Positions 48,793 to 62,140 of a stretch of 64,000 bases of DNA are shown piece after piece. Position numbers and translations under genes: made by a program. The DNA is taken from NCBI GenBank assembly GCA_964187785.1, contig OZ076416.1, forward strand, positions 8,246,001-8,310,000, in the 5' to 3' direction. Every line of letters starts with the position of its first letter. Position 1 is the first letter of the stretch. The DNA is from Amphiscolops sp. MND2022. Lineage: Eukaryota. Under the pieces are notes generated by a model that ran no database searches, was not told the origin of the DNA, and saw nothing but the letters and a program-made list of their open reading frames with translations.

Positions 48793-48958
48793 GGGAGTGG
48801 GAATAACGTCTAAGGAATAACGTCTAAATGCAAAACGGGAATAACGTCTAAAAACCATATTTATTCCCTAAATGCTCATTCTCTATAACCATTTGGGTTT
48901 TAGACGTAACGTTATTCTTTGTTTTAGACGTTATTCTATGGAGGTTATTTGCGCCCCC
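48793..48958. mobile_element. Short MITE with inverted GAATAACGTCTAA arrays
   Basis: Three forward and two reverse copies of the 13-mer; GGG...CCC ends; TSD imperfect. Confidence 0.55.
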
Positions 48959-49387
48959 AAGATTTTTTACTTTTTTAAAAACATAATTCAAATATACATT
49001 GAAACGTCACTCAACAATTCCTTCCATTCTAAATCCAAGTTTCGAACATTTTCCGCAGTTCTTGAAATTATGCACTACTCACGTACTTTCCAGAAAACGA
49101 ATTTTTGAAAATTTATTTCAAGAAATTTCTCATCATTCAATTCATTTTCGTTAATCTCACAATCTCTGAATATCCATTCGTAACCATTAGCATACAATGT
49201 TGAAGACACTCAACCTGCAAACAAGACGCTCGCTAAGCAGCGAAATATTTTCCGCCACACAAAGAAAGTTTGGAGAAAGCGGGGTTCGAAACCTATCCTT
49301 ATCGCTTTAAGAAGCAAAGAAAGTTTGGCAAACGTGTGATATACATACAGACCACCTACTTCATGGGAAAGCCGAAAAATTTCAGGC

Positions 49388-49455
49388 TCTAGCCTGGGTT
49401 CGAACCCACGACCTCCTATCTACCAAATGAACACACTACCAACTAAGCCACGGTG
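49388..49455 (-). mobile_element. tRNA-derived SINE head or tRNA pseudogene
   Basis: A box TGGCTTAGTTGG and B box GGTTCGAACCC with T-arm; acceptor stem does not pair. Confidence 0.55.
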
Positions 49456-49996
49456 ATAACTAAATTATCCACATACTTAGATGTAGTAATAAAACGGATA
49501 TATGGAAGAATTTGGACAAAAAACGCAACCGGGATGGTGATTTTCCTACTTTACACGAATAAATAAATGATAAAAATTTTTACCAATTTTCTGTTTTAGG
49601 TTTGCAAGTGATAATTTGTTTTACATTTGTAAGGTACTTCCCAGCTTTTGAATAACCTTTAAGGGTGGATTCCCAAATAACATGAGCGCAAATAACTTTA
49701 AAACTAAATTAGTTTCATAAAACATAAAAATACAACTGTTTACGAGAAAGTTTTTTTGTTCAAATGTATTCACAATTCAAAAGATTCACTGAATGAAGTA
49801 TGAACATTACAGACAAAATTTCGTAAGTTCGATTGTCTAACCGAGTTTTAGTTTTATGTTATATTAAACTAATTTCATTTTAATCTTAAATGGGACTAAT
49901 TTCGTTTTTATGTTATTTGCTCGTATGTTCTTCGTTACGTAATACTTTTAAGCGTGACCACCAAGCAATTCAAGTTTTGGAATCAACTATACTTAC

Positions 49997-50237
49997 CAAA
50001 AATGGCAACAACAATGAAGACAATTTTGGTGCCGAAAGTCTTTCTGCAGAGAGCCAAGAAGAGGCAAACCATCAGGGCGATGAAGAGGATTCCCTTGCTG
50101 ACCATGGAAATGACGGATAGGGTCTTGGCTATCTGCAGGTCTTTGTGATCAACCCCCTGGTGGAACTTGATGTCAGTGGTTGTGCGACAGAAAGAACACG
50201 TGTACTTCTCTCCATAAATCTCTTCTGTGGATGAACT
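49997..50237 (-). CDS. Claudin/PMP22-like gene A, exon 2 (rest of ECL1, TM2)
   Basis: Acceptor GTTTTCAG|AGT (phase 0); YTCSFC...LQIAKTLSVISMVSKGILFIALMVCLFL; donor TTTG|GTAAGT (phase 1); 241 nt. Confidence 0.92.
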
Positions 50238-50632
50238 CTGAAAACCAGATTTGGGTTCAGAGCTCTTATGAAATTAGAACGATGTCTTTATGAAACCTGT
50301 AAAACTTTGCGGCGCAGAATTGCCGCCAAATTTAGGATGCATTTTATAGGTAGCTTGACAAAATTAAATCGAATCAGTGAAGTTTTAATGCATGGACGTT
50401 TCTTTGAGAATTTTATAAAATAATGGAAAATTAGCTTGGTAACCCACAAAAACATGTAAAAAGTTCAAGCAGTTCCAACCATGTCGCAAGCTGCCGCTTG
50501 TGACGGTATCCTATACCAAATGATGCCAGAAGGTAATGAGACACTACCAGCACCCGGGGTACTACCTATCTAGAACAAACTCTGAAACGAACTTTAGCAT
50601 TTATTCTGATAGTTTAATATTTGTTTCATACA

Positions 50633-51380
50633 TGTAACGACCGAATTATTAGCGCTAAACATGTAAATTCTATGTTACTATTTCGACCTAAGGTCAAACT
50701 GACAGCATTCGATCAGTGCATTTATTCAATTGCTATTATTGATTTGTTATTATTTAGAATTCCCCATTGATGAAATTACTCGCAATTAATCTGAACCTAG
50801 AGTACATCACTCAGTTAACGACGCAATACTTAGCAAATTAACTCAAGTGCTGTTAAACGGTGTTTAAAGAGTACTTTAAAACACTTTTCTGAGTAGTTAA
50901 TTAACTAGTACTCTACTGCAGTCAAATTGACGTGTGGTCACAGGTACTTGTTGACCAATCAGAGTAAAGTACCAGTCTAGCATTGCAGTCATGCTGACGC
51001 ATGGTCAAATTTGGAATTTCATTGAGTATTGATGTTACCAATGCATGAAAGGTTGTTCTTAACCTGAATTTGAATACATGTAAAGATACCCACTGTTTGT
51101 TTGATGCTATTTATATCTCCTCATTTGTGTGACGTAATGTCAAAACCTTCAGTCTATTTTTAGAATAAGTGACCTAATATTGAAACCGGGGCAATATTTA
51201 GAATGATATCACCCTAAATTTAGTTCCTGACACGCAAAATATTGCGTGTCATGTAGTACAAACTATATATACGCGGAATTTGTAATTGGGAGGATTCATT
51301 CATTCATTGATTGAGAACGCTACGATACAAAACTGTTCAATTTGTTACTGTTGATTAATTCACTGTTGAAATCAAATCCA
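50633..51380 (+). mobile_element. Putative 5' LTR/leader of a gypsy element
   Basis: Starts TGTAACGA; contains GACCAATCAG and a 10-bp hairpin TGACACGCAA-AATA-TTGCGTGTCA; directly precedes the gag ATG. The 3' boundary is unresolved. Confidence 0.5.
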
Positions 51381-51390
51381 TATCTTGAAA

Positions 51391-53095
51391 ATGCCTTCAA
51401 CTAGAAAGCAGAAAGCAAGAGAGAAACGCTCTAGACAGTCTGGCGTAATGTCTGATATAGAAAATGTTGATGTAATGTTAGGAAGTTATCAGAGAGAGAA
51501 TAATGAACTTCGAAGTGAGAATAACGAAAATACATTAGACCAAAGGTCTAATGAACGGGAAGGCCAGGATCAAAATTGTAGATGACTATCAAACCTTCTC
51601 GAATAACAATCCAAGTGAAAATAGTTGTTTGACTATAGAAACTAGTAGAGCTATTAGCTCTGAAATTTCATCACAGATGACGAGGAAATTTCAAGAAATG
51701 CAAACTAGCCTAAATTCTCAGATTTTGGACGTTATAAACACTGCAATTGACACTAGGGTGCTGCCTAGCATCAAAAATGCTGTTAAGAGACAGAATTCAG
51801 CAAAAAATATAAACTTGGACCCTCGGTCAGACGGACTGCATCAAGATACTGCAGCCCCAGAAAATTCTCAGAAGGACCTTCGGTCAAATAGACTGCATCC
51901 AGAAGATATCAATAAATCGTACCAGGATGCTCAGAATGAGTTTCCGAGGTTAATATCGATTAAAAGTATCCAAACAAACCATCGTAGAGAGACTTCAGTT
52001 GATTGTCTAGAAAGTGACGATGATTATGGTTACGACATGGTGACAGGAGCCAACCTTACCCCTCAAATGGTCCCTGAATTTCTGACCGGACGGCCCATGC
52101 AATCCCAAAATAAAACTCTCCATCAACAGTACGTCAACGATGACATGCTTGATACCACCATCCCTGCACAAATACCACCAGTCCCTACTAACAACAGGAA
52201 CGTGCCCTTTGAAGCACCAATAGATCCCATCAATAGACTTGCAGATGTTATTATGGGAATGAATAACAAACCGTCAGCCCAGACACTGATGGTACGACCA
52301 GTCAATACGACCACATTAACATTCGATGGTAAATCTGAAAAGTTTGAACTGTTCGAAGATCTTTTTCACACGATGATAAAGATGCAACCGGACATGACGG
52401 AAACAATGAAAATCAATCATTTTCATTCGCTGTTGCGCAAAAATGCGCTACAGACCTTTCGTAACATCAACTCTGCCAATAGACAAACCTTGGAAGATAT
52501 ACTAGCAGTCTTCCGTAGGAAATATGTCAAACCTGAGTCCCAGGCAACTGCAAAACACAAATGGCATAAACTGGTATTTGACCCGAATACTATGAAATTA
52601 CCTGATTTTCTTGAAGAGCTTAACCAAGGTGCTGAAAAAGCCTTTGGAGAACATGCTCAGGCGATGATTGACAGTCTGCTTTATGCTAAATTGCCGCCCA
52701 AACTGAAACGTTCAGTTAACATGGCACGGCTTGAAAATGCTACCTACGAAGAGATTGTCACACACCTTGAACGAGAATTGGAGTTGAATGGACTTGAGGA
52801 AGGCGACGACATTCACGTCCCCACAATGTCCACAACCCCAACAGCAACACAACCGGGTACTGGCCTCCTCTCATCCGGCATTGACCCAAATATTTCTTGC
52901 AATTATTGCACAAAACCTGGGCATGTCAAAGATGACTGCCGCAAACTCAAAAGAAAGGAGGAACAACGCCGCAATGAAGGGCAGGATACCAAGAAAGAAT
53001 ATTCAAAATGTCCAACTTGCGACAAAACAAATCACCCGGCGGAACGATGTTGGAAAGGCGCTGGAGCTCACCTCAAGCCCAAAAACCTCAAATAT
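51391..53095 (+). pseudogene. Ty3/gypsy Gag (one frameshift near 51580; truncated before protease)
   Basis: MPSTRKQKAR start; capsid-like FDGKSEKFELFEDLF...LRKNALQTF; zinc knuckles CNYCTKPGHVKDDC and CPTCDKTNHPAERC. Confidence 0.85.
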
Positions 53096-54314
53096 GCGGT
53101 TTCAATGGTGGCAAACTGTGTTACTAGAGAGTGACAGTAACTTAGCAAACAGTTGCTGTGTTACTGAGAAAAAGTTAATTTTCTGAAAAGTATCTTTTTG
53201 CAAATTTTCACTTTTTTCTAGTTACCTTTTTGCCGGTGGTTCGGAAAACAAACTATATTGAAACAAATAACAACTCGCCCCATGTAGTCCAATAGGTTGT
53301 TGATTAGAAAAACAAAACTTCGTTTTCCTATGAGCTTTTTGCGTTTCGTAATATTTTATTGATTGTGAAAACAATCGCTGTCCTCATTTGGGGACAAAAG
53401 CACTGTCGAGGTTAAAATTTACCGTTTTTTAAAAGCAAAAAACAACTAAGTAATGAGACATTGCAAAGATGATGAATAAAGAAATTTTAAAAGGCAAACA
53501 AGAACTTGTCGCGTATTTCCAAAAGCGTAAACGTGAGTTAATGACTGCTGTGAGTCCAATGTAAACCAATCTAAGTCATTGGGCTGTACCTCTAGATCAG
53601 GTAACTAGGGGCGCTGGAGACAGAATAAAAAGAAAGAGTCAAAGCAGTTGCTCAACCCTAAATGGACGATGGTTTATTACCAGCTAGTTTCCTCAACCTT
53701 CTTTTTGGAGGCACCAGCTGACCATATGGTAAAGAAAATTCTTGAATAAGATTTTCGAACGATACAGCAAAGAACTCCTTTTCACGGAATATTGACTTGA
53801 TGTCTCCAAAATTGAACAAAAGCAACCAAAAATTTAAAAAAGGACGCAGATTTTTGGTTTTCCGGTTTCAGTTTGTAGCCATTTTGTCCCACTCGTATCA
53901 AGATTGCGTCAAAGCAGCCCTAGCATGTTTAAAGACATGCTGAAGACCAGGTAGAGACACGAGGCCTGTAAGCGTTTGGCGCAACGTCCGGAGCCAGTGT
54001 TGCGAGTGGGCTATAAATCGTTTTTCGGACCCCAATAGTTTAGATGTTGCGGTTTAAAGTTTTAGGTACCAGAGTTTTGGTTTAATCCAAAAATTTCCTC
54101 GTCCATTTAGAGTTAATTGTCAGCGTGTACTTAAAAATTGGTCGATAGCCAAGTAAGACATGCTCAAAATATATAAACTTTGAAAGTTTGTTGGATTTAA
54201 AGAAGCCGCATCGATTTCGTCCTAACGTTGGAATCTTATCTCATTTCTGGATCAGGGTGAGGCCACTTCGCTCGGTACAAAATTCATAGAGAATACAGAA
54301 AAAAGATTTCATCA

Positions 54315-54660
54315 TTTTTAGTTTCATAAAGTGAAACGCGACTATTTTAGTGACTTTTTTTCCAATGCACACGAAATGACCAAAATAATTATATAAAGTT
54401 CTACGAAATTATAAGGTGTCAAATTGGACCATTTGGCCCAGGAAATTGAATTATAAAGGTTGTTCCTTTTTTAGCGTAATATACATTACCGGGCGATACT
54501 TAAGTGTCCCCTCTTTCAGTTTTCCGCCTTTTAGCAAGCCAGTTCGGTCCAACGTTTTGGTTTGTTGGGTACTGTAGAAGAGAATACTTGACACTCTGAT
54601 GTCCTTGTGCTTTTTTTGAATCTTAGGTATGGCGCCGACTTATGCCGTACCCGGCTTGTT
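54315..54660 (-). mobile_element. Family A copy
   Basis: Head ATGGCGCCGACTTATGCCGTACCCGGCTTGTT ending at 54660. Confidence 0.75.
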
Positions 54661-55337
54661 TATAGTCTATTTTTACCACCATATTGTGGTAATTGAGGGA
54701 AATCGTTCCAGAAGGGCGTTATTGATGGTAATCATGTCGATTAAGGAAAAATAAAAATGGGGAAAATGATAAAATAGCCGTTCCATGGTTGACGTCCCAT
54801 GAGTGGTTATATATTGCAACTTTGATTTGCAAATTCTTTTTGATCAGCTGGAATTGAATAGATTTCGAACAGGGGCAGGTCAAATATTTTACGTTTGATT
54901 CTCCGCCAATGTCTTAACGACTAAATTACGTTTACAGGTGAGCCGTATTTCTTTCATTGGTATCTCCGATGGTTCTGTTTTCTCGGAGCTATTTCCGCAT
55001 TTTTGACATTATGGGATCCATGGTTGGATCATGCATGGAGCATACATGAACCATGCAAATCCATGCGAAAACATCCCTGGAGATGGACCAAGCATGGAAT
55101 TCAAGAGGACCATGTATGAACCATGGAATCATACTGCTTGCCACCATTACAAGTTATTAGGATTTAATACGTCAACAGAAATGCTAGGTCTCACAGTCAC
55201 AAAAAACTTCGGATCATTGGTTCTTCATAACGTCTTCCGATTTTTAGACGGGCATCAATTCAAAAAAGGAAATACGAAAACTTTATTTAAATTCTCTGTC
55301 AAAACAAAAGAATGGTTTCTGGACTTTAATGACTAAC

Positions 55338-55490
55338 AGTGATACAGCCCTCGAAGATGCCATAGTCGTAGTCCACCCCTTTGTGTTCCTTGTGTATCCA
55401 CGCCGGAGTAATTAGTATAATGTATGCCAGAGTGCAACATATGATCTGGAAGGCAGCCAGAAAAAGCAACAACACCACCTGTTTCCGCAT
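55338..55490 (-). CDS. Claudin/PMP22-like gene A, exon 1 (TM1, W...GIF..C motif)
   Basis: MRKQVVLLLFLAAFQIICCTLAYIILITPAWIHKEHKGVDYDYGIFEGCIT; donor ACT|GTTAGT (phase 0). Spliced product is 208 aa with four hydrophobic segments. Confidence 0.9.
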
Positions 55491-58133
55491 TTCAATCTAT
55501 TGAAAATATTTCTACAAATTCGGTTGCTTGGTCCAGCTTCATAGTAGTTTTCATTGTCGAAAAAAAAACGTTTATCCACGTCCCATGTTAGAAGGGAGGT
55601 CAAAAAAAATTAAAAATTGAAATAATTGCGAAAACTCTATTAGCTTTGCGTAAAAACATAAAATTGACGTTGAAAAAATGTTAAAATGATGATGTCGCGA
55701 AATAGTTGGAAAAAATTCCAGCTCTGAAATGATTTATGATCTTCTAGACTTCAATTCTGATACCTTTTTACTGATTCTTCGAATCCTATTTTATGCTTTG
55801 AAAAAAAGACGCTTCATTTTGATTTTCATGACTAATAGCTGGACCAAGCTTCAGTTAAAAATGGTAACTTTTTATTCAATGCTTCAAGAGGTTTGGAGTT
55901 TCTACAAGTCTGTAAAAGAACAGCTGAATAAATCGAGACTAATCAATTTTGGATTATTTTTTCGGAGTCAAGTCGACGCACAGAAATAAACTGAACGAAA
56001 ATTACAGGTCAGAAATACGACGTCAAAAATTAATAACTTGCTTTGAAAAAAAGACTTCGATAATTATCGTCGATTATAATCGAATATGACGTGACTCAAA
56101 CTGCGCATACCTTTTCAGCTGTTTTAAACCTGAGTCAAAACCTGTGTTACAAAACAACTTGATTGTTTATTGCGTTTATCACTACCAAAATTAGTGTGTC
56201 TTTCATTTCAATTTCACTGAAGACATGGCTTTGTTGGCAGAGAAATCTAAGGCGCAATAAAGCTTTGCCATGCATTTGACAGAAAAAGTGTCTCTAATTT
56301 GGTACCTGGAGTTTCTCATTACCAACTGTTGATTTCGACATATACGATATATGTCAGTCAATAACAACATGTGCGGTGCATGTCCAAAAACATATGATAA
56401 AACTCAACTGGCAACGGTTAAAGCAAATGTCATCTGATAAAACTCAAAAACGCCAAATTTATTTAAAAATATTAAATTTTTTAACTTGTGTATTTTTTTA
56501 TTTACAAACCCTAGTTGAAAAATTCACATCTTTTGCAAAATTCTTACAAAAACTTTTTAACTAAGAAAATGCATTATTTGACACTAACTCTTACAAAATT
56601 CTTGCAAAATTTGCGATTTTCAGCTAAAAATGGTACAAAAAATGCATAAATCTTACAAAACTCTTACAAAATTTGCATCCTTCCACCAAAGGAAATTCTG
56701 AAAAAGTCTTATTTAAAAAAATAATTATTTTCATTTCGAGCAAACTTGTAAGCGTGTTGTGAAAGGTTTTGCTCAAAAAATGCGTTTATAAAATTTCTCG
56801 TTTGCTATATTAGCTGCCATTTGCTGTTTTTCACATTTGGATGCGTTGGCAATTGACAATTTCAAATCTAGTGTTGCTGATTCTGAGGTGTACTCGTAGG
56901 AGCTGAATTCCATAACTGAAACTGCTGCTAAATTTTCATGCCATTTTCATGCATACAAGGCAAAATTTCAAAAAAAAGTGGAAAAAGCAGGAAATCTGCC
57001 TGAAAAAATTATAGTATTAATATGCAGTCTCTTCTCCGCATCGATCGCTTTGGTTTCACCCGTAAATTTCTAAAGTACGCTCTTTGAGTTGGTAAAACTC
57101 CGTTAGTCAAACTTCACTCTGAATATGGTTGTACTTTGAAGATTGTGACGTGACTGAAGCTGATTTGAATTGAGATATTCCAAAAGTTTCGAACCAGGGC
57201 TCTCACTTGTCGCAAAAAGATATAACGATTGTTCATTGATAAACCCCATACACTTTATTTCAGAAAACAACGCCAATGATACAACTCAACTTGAAAAAAA
57301 AAACAGAAACAACAGCTTTTTAAATTAGCTTCGTTCAGTCACCTGATTTTTTTGGATTTTCACAATTAAAAGGATGCCCAAGGAGACGACTTGTAGCGGC
57401 ACCCTCTGATGCATTGCCAACGATGATGTTGATCATGTTGAAGAAACTCAGAAGCTGGTTTAAAAAAATCCGAATTCGAGCTGCTTCTGCGAATTTGGCA
57501 GGTACTTCGAAACAAAAAGAGACCGAGCGACAGCGAGAGCAAGAAAGTACAAGAAAAACGACCCTTTCAGGAATTGCTAGAATCACTGATTTGCGGCTGT
57601 TAATACTATTTTAGCATGATGCTACTTAATGTAGTGCTTGTGTAATAATGAGTCTGCTTGACTAAATTACCAACCTGTTCCTGTGGAGCTTACGGGCTGA
57701 GTGGGGATTTTGCCAAATAATTGAGATTGTCTGGACGTGATTATAATACATTGTTTTTTGAAGGTATGGAGATGTAAGGCTATATGATGTAATTTTAGAC
57801 GTTATTCCGTATGTCACCCTGAATGACTAGAAATTTACCTTGTTTCATCTTGGCTCGTTGTTTAAGGCTGTCTAAGCGGTTGTACTGAGAGATTAAAAAC
57901 AAGATTTCCGCTACTGATACCAATAGAAGACTGGGACCGGTTGGAGAGGTACCTCTTTCTACGGTGCACGACAGCTAAGAGGCAAAACGGACTTCTGGTG
58001 AATGGGTGCCAGCCCCGTGCTATATAACTAATTGCTGCAGATTCCACCACCTCTTTGTAGCTACTAAGTGACGGTTACTCCTCGTTGTTACTGTTTACCC
58101 TCAAAGCAGTCCTCTTTCTTACAAAGAAACGTC

Positions 58134-58936
58134 AACAAGACGAGAACGTCTAAAGTCGGCGCTATATCTAAGGCTCAAAAAAGCGCAAAAGCAAAAGCGA
58201 CTTGTTCATCATAATCGAAAGCCTTTTTAATCAGCCTTTTCTCAAGAATAGTGCTCGACTATTACAGTGGCTAGTTTTCTTTCTTTTCTTTTCGTCAGAC
58301 CACAGAGCTCACCCTGTATGTACCTCTTTTTAGTACAGACTATATCCGGTTTACAGCGGTTGCGGGTTCGAGTCCCTGCTTCAGCCAAAAACTTTTTCGT
58401 ACATTTGTAAAAACGCCCCCTTTCAATTTTTTTTCGGACTTGTGAGACTTTTTTGGAAACTTTAAAGTCTCCAAAGGGTCCTTCTTCAATTCTTTTGATA
58501 TTTTGCGACAGAATAGATGTTGAAAACGTCCAAATGGTCCCCCTTTTACATTTTTTGGCACTATGAGTCTGTTTCAAAATTCCCATTTTCGTCTGAAATT
58601 ATTCTCAATATTTATGCAAAAATATATTTTTTTCAATACTATCAAACACTTTGACGTAATAGCCGGAGCAAAGCGCTAATTCCGATATTTTGACGTTATA
58701 TCCGAACTATAGTGCGTTTTACTGAGGAGGAGGCGGAGGTTCGAAAACAAGCGCTCCAGTTGGTCCCAGCACGCTATATCCCATTTTGTGAAGCGTTTTC
58801 CGAGTATGAAAGGCACCCCTATGGAGTTTCGAAACTTTTTTCTGGGTTTTTCATAAAAACGTCCTACGCATATTTTGGAAACGCATATTTTTTGTGCATT
58901 AGATATAGCGCCGACTTTAGACGTTCCCGTCTTGTT
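58134..58936. mobile_element. Family A composite with a head at both ends in inverted orientation
   Basis: AACAAGACGAGAACGTCTAAAGTCGGCGCTATATCTAA at left; its reverse complement at right. Confidence 0.75.
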
Positions 58937-59649
58937 TAAATAAACAACGAGTGAAGTAGAATTTGATTCAGTATTCCGGATGTTATTTTATTGAAACTTT
59001 TTATTTACTAAATGCATTTCTAAATGCATTAGAACTACCAACAACATATCGTATCACTCGAAGCTAAAAGCCGTTTCAATCTGCATGTCATTTTCGGATA
59101 ATAGCATCATTTCTCTTTTCGGTCACATGCAGTTCTATTTAGTTCTTCACAGCCTGATCAAAAGTGCATTATCAAATGAATTTTGTTCAGCCAGCATTTA
59201 ATTTGGAACGGGTCGTAAGCTTTTACACGCGCTGATCAGAGCTGAAGATTTGAATGAAGTTCAATATGACAAGAGAAGACAGTTCAGATAATGAAAGTAA
59301 AAAAAAACTTAAATTCTTTTTGTTTCACATTTGCATTGCGCGTTTTTCTCTGTGAATACAAATATCGACGTGAAAAAATTTTCTCATTATGTTGAAAAAT
59401 TTGAAAAAATAACGCTCAACTTAAAAATGTGAGCTAAAATTTTGGTTCCGAACTACCTAATAAACACTGAATTTTATTATTTCAGTTTTTAACTATACAA
59501 AAGTTAACTCTAAATTCAGTATGATTTGGGAACACCTAAGAAAAACATTAGTTCAAAGAATTCAAACATCCTAAAAATATACAAATGACTTCGCGTAAAA
59601 AGATTGAGTCTCAATTCTCACAAAGGTTATTATTCTGAAGCGCTCATTC

Positions 59650-59920
59650 ATTAGTGCAATCCAACTACCGCTCCGTGCGGAGACTTTTGCCTGCTGAGTT
59701 TCCTCCCTGGGCCGATTCGCCCCTCATTATCCGACCTGGACATACCACTTACACAGTACGCCCATGCCGACATAGAGCTTAGTATGGACACCAAATCAAC
59801 GTGAGTCACCAAAGAACAGAGGTCCAATGCGAGAATCGATCCTACAACCTATGTCTCCCGAGAAGCTGGGACTACAAGACTGCGCCACCAATCCCGACAA
59901 GAACCGCAGAATGACGCGAA
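59650..59920 (+). pseudogene. Possible non-LTR retrotransposon 3' remnant
   Basis: Fragments LVWTPNQ...RGP...TTYVSREAGL resemble the C-terminal WxP..RGRP..TY..L..D.GL region of RTE-like LINEs; frames are broken. Confidence 0.3.
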
Positions 59921-60695
59921 ATGCAATTTCATTGAGCAACATTGAGCTTGCATCTGATTTTTTTGTTTTTAGAGAAGTATTCATTGCCTCTAAACAGGAT
60001 CTCACGTTTCAAGTCATAGAAAATTAACAGCATGACTTGTTTTTATGACTTGAATAGCTCTCTTTTTAAAATATGAATCTACTTTTTGTGAAAAAAATCC
60101 AGATGATAGCAAACGACAAATAATCATCACAACTAAATTGAACGATAAGTTTCTCCTTAACTTTATACAATCAATTATTTCAATGATTTTATCTGAAAAC
60201 AAACTAGAAAAAGTAGAATTGACTTTATTCAGTTCGTCCTGAATTGAATTAATTTAGATTTCCAAATAAATACTCTGAGATTAAAGAGTAAATTGTTTCA
60301 TGAAATTCGGTTCCGTTCAGTTGTGAAAAGTACTCAAAAGACTCGCAAAGACTTCCGGTCTCAGTGAAAAGAGCTTGTTTTCGATTTTGTTCATGACTTC
60401 AAACTACGATTCGTTTTCTTTTAGAAAGCAAAATGCATCACCATTAACGAGGAATTGAAAAATTACCAACATTCGAACCGTACTCTGAGATTACTAACTT
60501 CATTTCATTCTGCGGTTTTTTTTAAAAAAAACTACTGTTATAGTTACGTTTTGGGTGCTTAAAGAATTTAATTCGAATGATAAACTTGATTGTTGAATAA
60601 ATATCGGCGCGTCGTCCCAGTATTTATCTTATTTTGTGAATGAAAAAGGTTGTCGCATGAGAATAAGACACTGGCAACGAACTGCAATCTAGCAA

Positions 60696-60854
60696 ATGCA
60701 GACTACGACTCTGAAGGCCTTACTCATCAGCGCCGAAATTCTCCTCAACTTGTTGGTCTTTACCTCCCTTTCATCTCCTTCTTGGATCTACGTCAAATCC
60801 GAGGTGCAAAGAGGCCTACGACAAACTTTTGGAATTTTCAAATCGTGTGTCATT
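60696..60854 (+). CDS. Claudin/PMP22-like gene B, exon 1
   Basis: MQTTTLKALLISAEILLNLLVFTSLSSPSWIYVKSEVQRGLRQTFGIFKSCVI; donor ATT|GTTAGT (phase 0). Confidence 0.88.
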
Positions 60855-61806
60855 GTTAGTAAAAAATCAACTCAATATTATATTTCACTTTTGTGTAACC
60901 AATAGTGGTCAAATGCATATTTTTTGCAAGTTTAAAATCAATCACAAAAATTCTGGTAACAAATTTAGGCAGCATTTTCGTTGAAAGTGTAGAAGGTGCA
61001 ATTTATAAGAGAGGATTTCTACCTCATCTCACCAAATAAGACCCCGTGTCATACCAGCATGATGTAAATAAAACTCTAATTAATATATAAAATGTAAATA
61101 CTCTACCATATATATTTATCTAAGGGATATAGGAAGCCATATAAAAAGATTCATGGTTGTGGGTAACCCCGCGTTATTTATCTTTATCACACTTCCCCGA
61201 GCATTGAGTAATTATAAAAATGTATATGTGTTATAATTTGAGCCCCTGATGAAGCGTTGTTTGATCTAGAAGGTAGAAAGTGTTAAACAGTACATGCGAT
61301 CATCTAGTGTCATCAACCCAATACATAAACTCAGATGAAAAATGGATGAAAATCAGGGCATTGTCAAAGGAAAGTCAGAGGAAAGTCAATTCCTCTTAAA
61401 TGACCACTTTTCATTCTTCCGAAAACCATCGTTCCTCATCATAAACGCATCGGATGCCTGCAGAGTATTCAGTGATTCCCCATTTTGAATTTAGGATAGC
61501 ATGGTAATTATAAATTTATCAATCGTGTAAATCTGATGTTATACGCCATCTTGCGGCTGAAGTTGATGAAATAAAAACCAATTGATAAATAACACCTCAC
61601 CATACCAGCCACTGGTTAAGTGAGGATTCTGGTAATTGCGTCTTGTCACATGAATTGACATGCCTGAAGGTGACGCAAACAGGCAACGCAGATTGCGTTC
61701 ATCAATTCCAGTGGTACCTTACTGCACGGTGACTATTTCTACATTTGTACTCGCCATTTGCTTTACATAAAACTTTCAATTCAAATATTAAAACATACAA
61801 CATCAT

Positions 61807-62140
61807 ATGATCGAAAAGTCTCCTCGAAAGCTTCGTAGCGGTAAATTTATGCAGCGTTCTTACACAAAAAAAAATTATAAAAAAACTCACCTTATTTTGG
61901 ACAACAGCCAGAATTCTATCTCAAATTCAGAGTCAGTTTCGAATCCATCGGACACAACTTTGAATAACCAAAGTCTAATCTCTCAAACTGAAGTAAATCA
62001 ACAGGTTTCCCAATTACAAAATGAAATGAGTGAAATCAAGACCTGATTAGCTATGCTGGCCCAACAGATAATCCCTCGGCTATAGGAAGGGCACGCTCTT
62101 CGCGCAACCAAATCTCGTACCCAAGAGCGTACCGACACCC
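61807..62140 (+). pseudogene. Possible gypsy gag N-terminal fragment
   Basis: SPRKLRSGK...QVSQLQNEMSEIKT coiled-coil-like segment, similar in style to the 3010-3330 remnant. Confidence 0.3.

Noticed and set aside
57335-57614. Small Cys-containing gene between the claudin-like paralogs
   Set aside because: Needs a stop and a frameshift to assemble; no convincing splice sites or family motif.
61243-61280. Hammerhead ribozyme / Penelope terminus (CCCTGATGAAG)
   Set aside because: No stem II closing onto a GAAA core could be formed.
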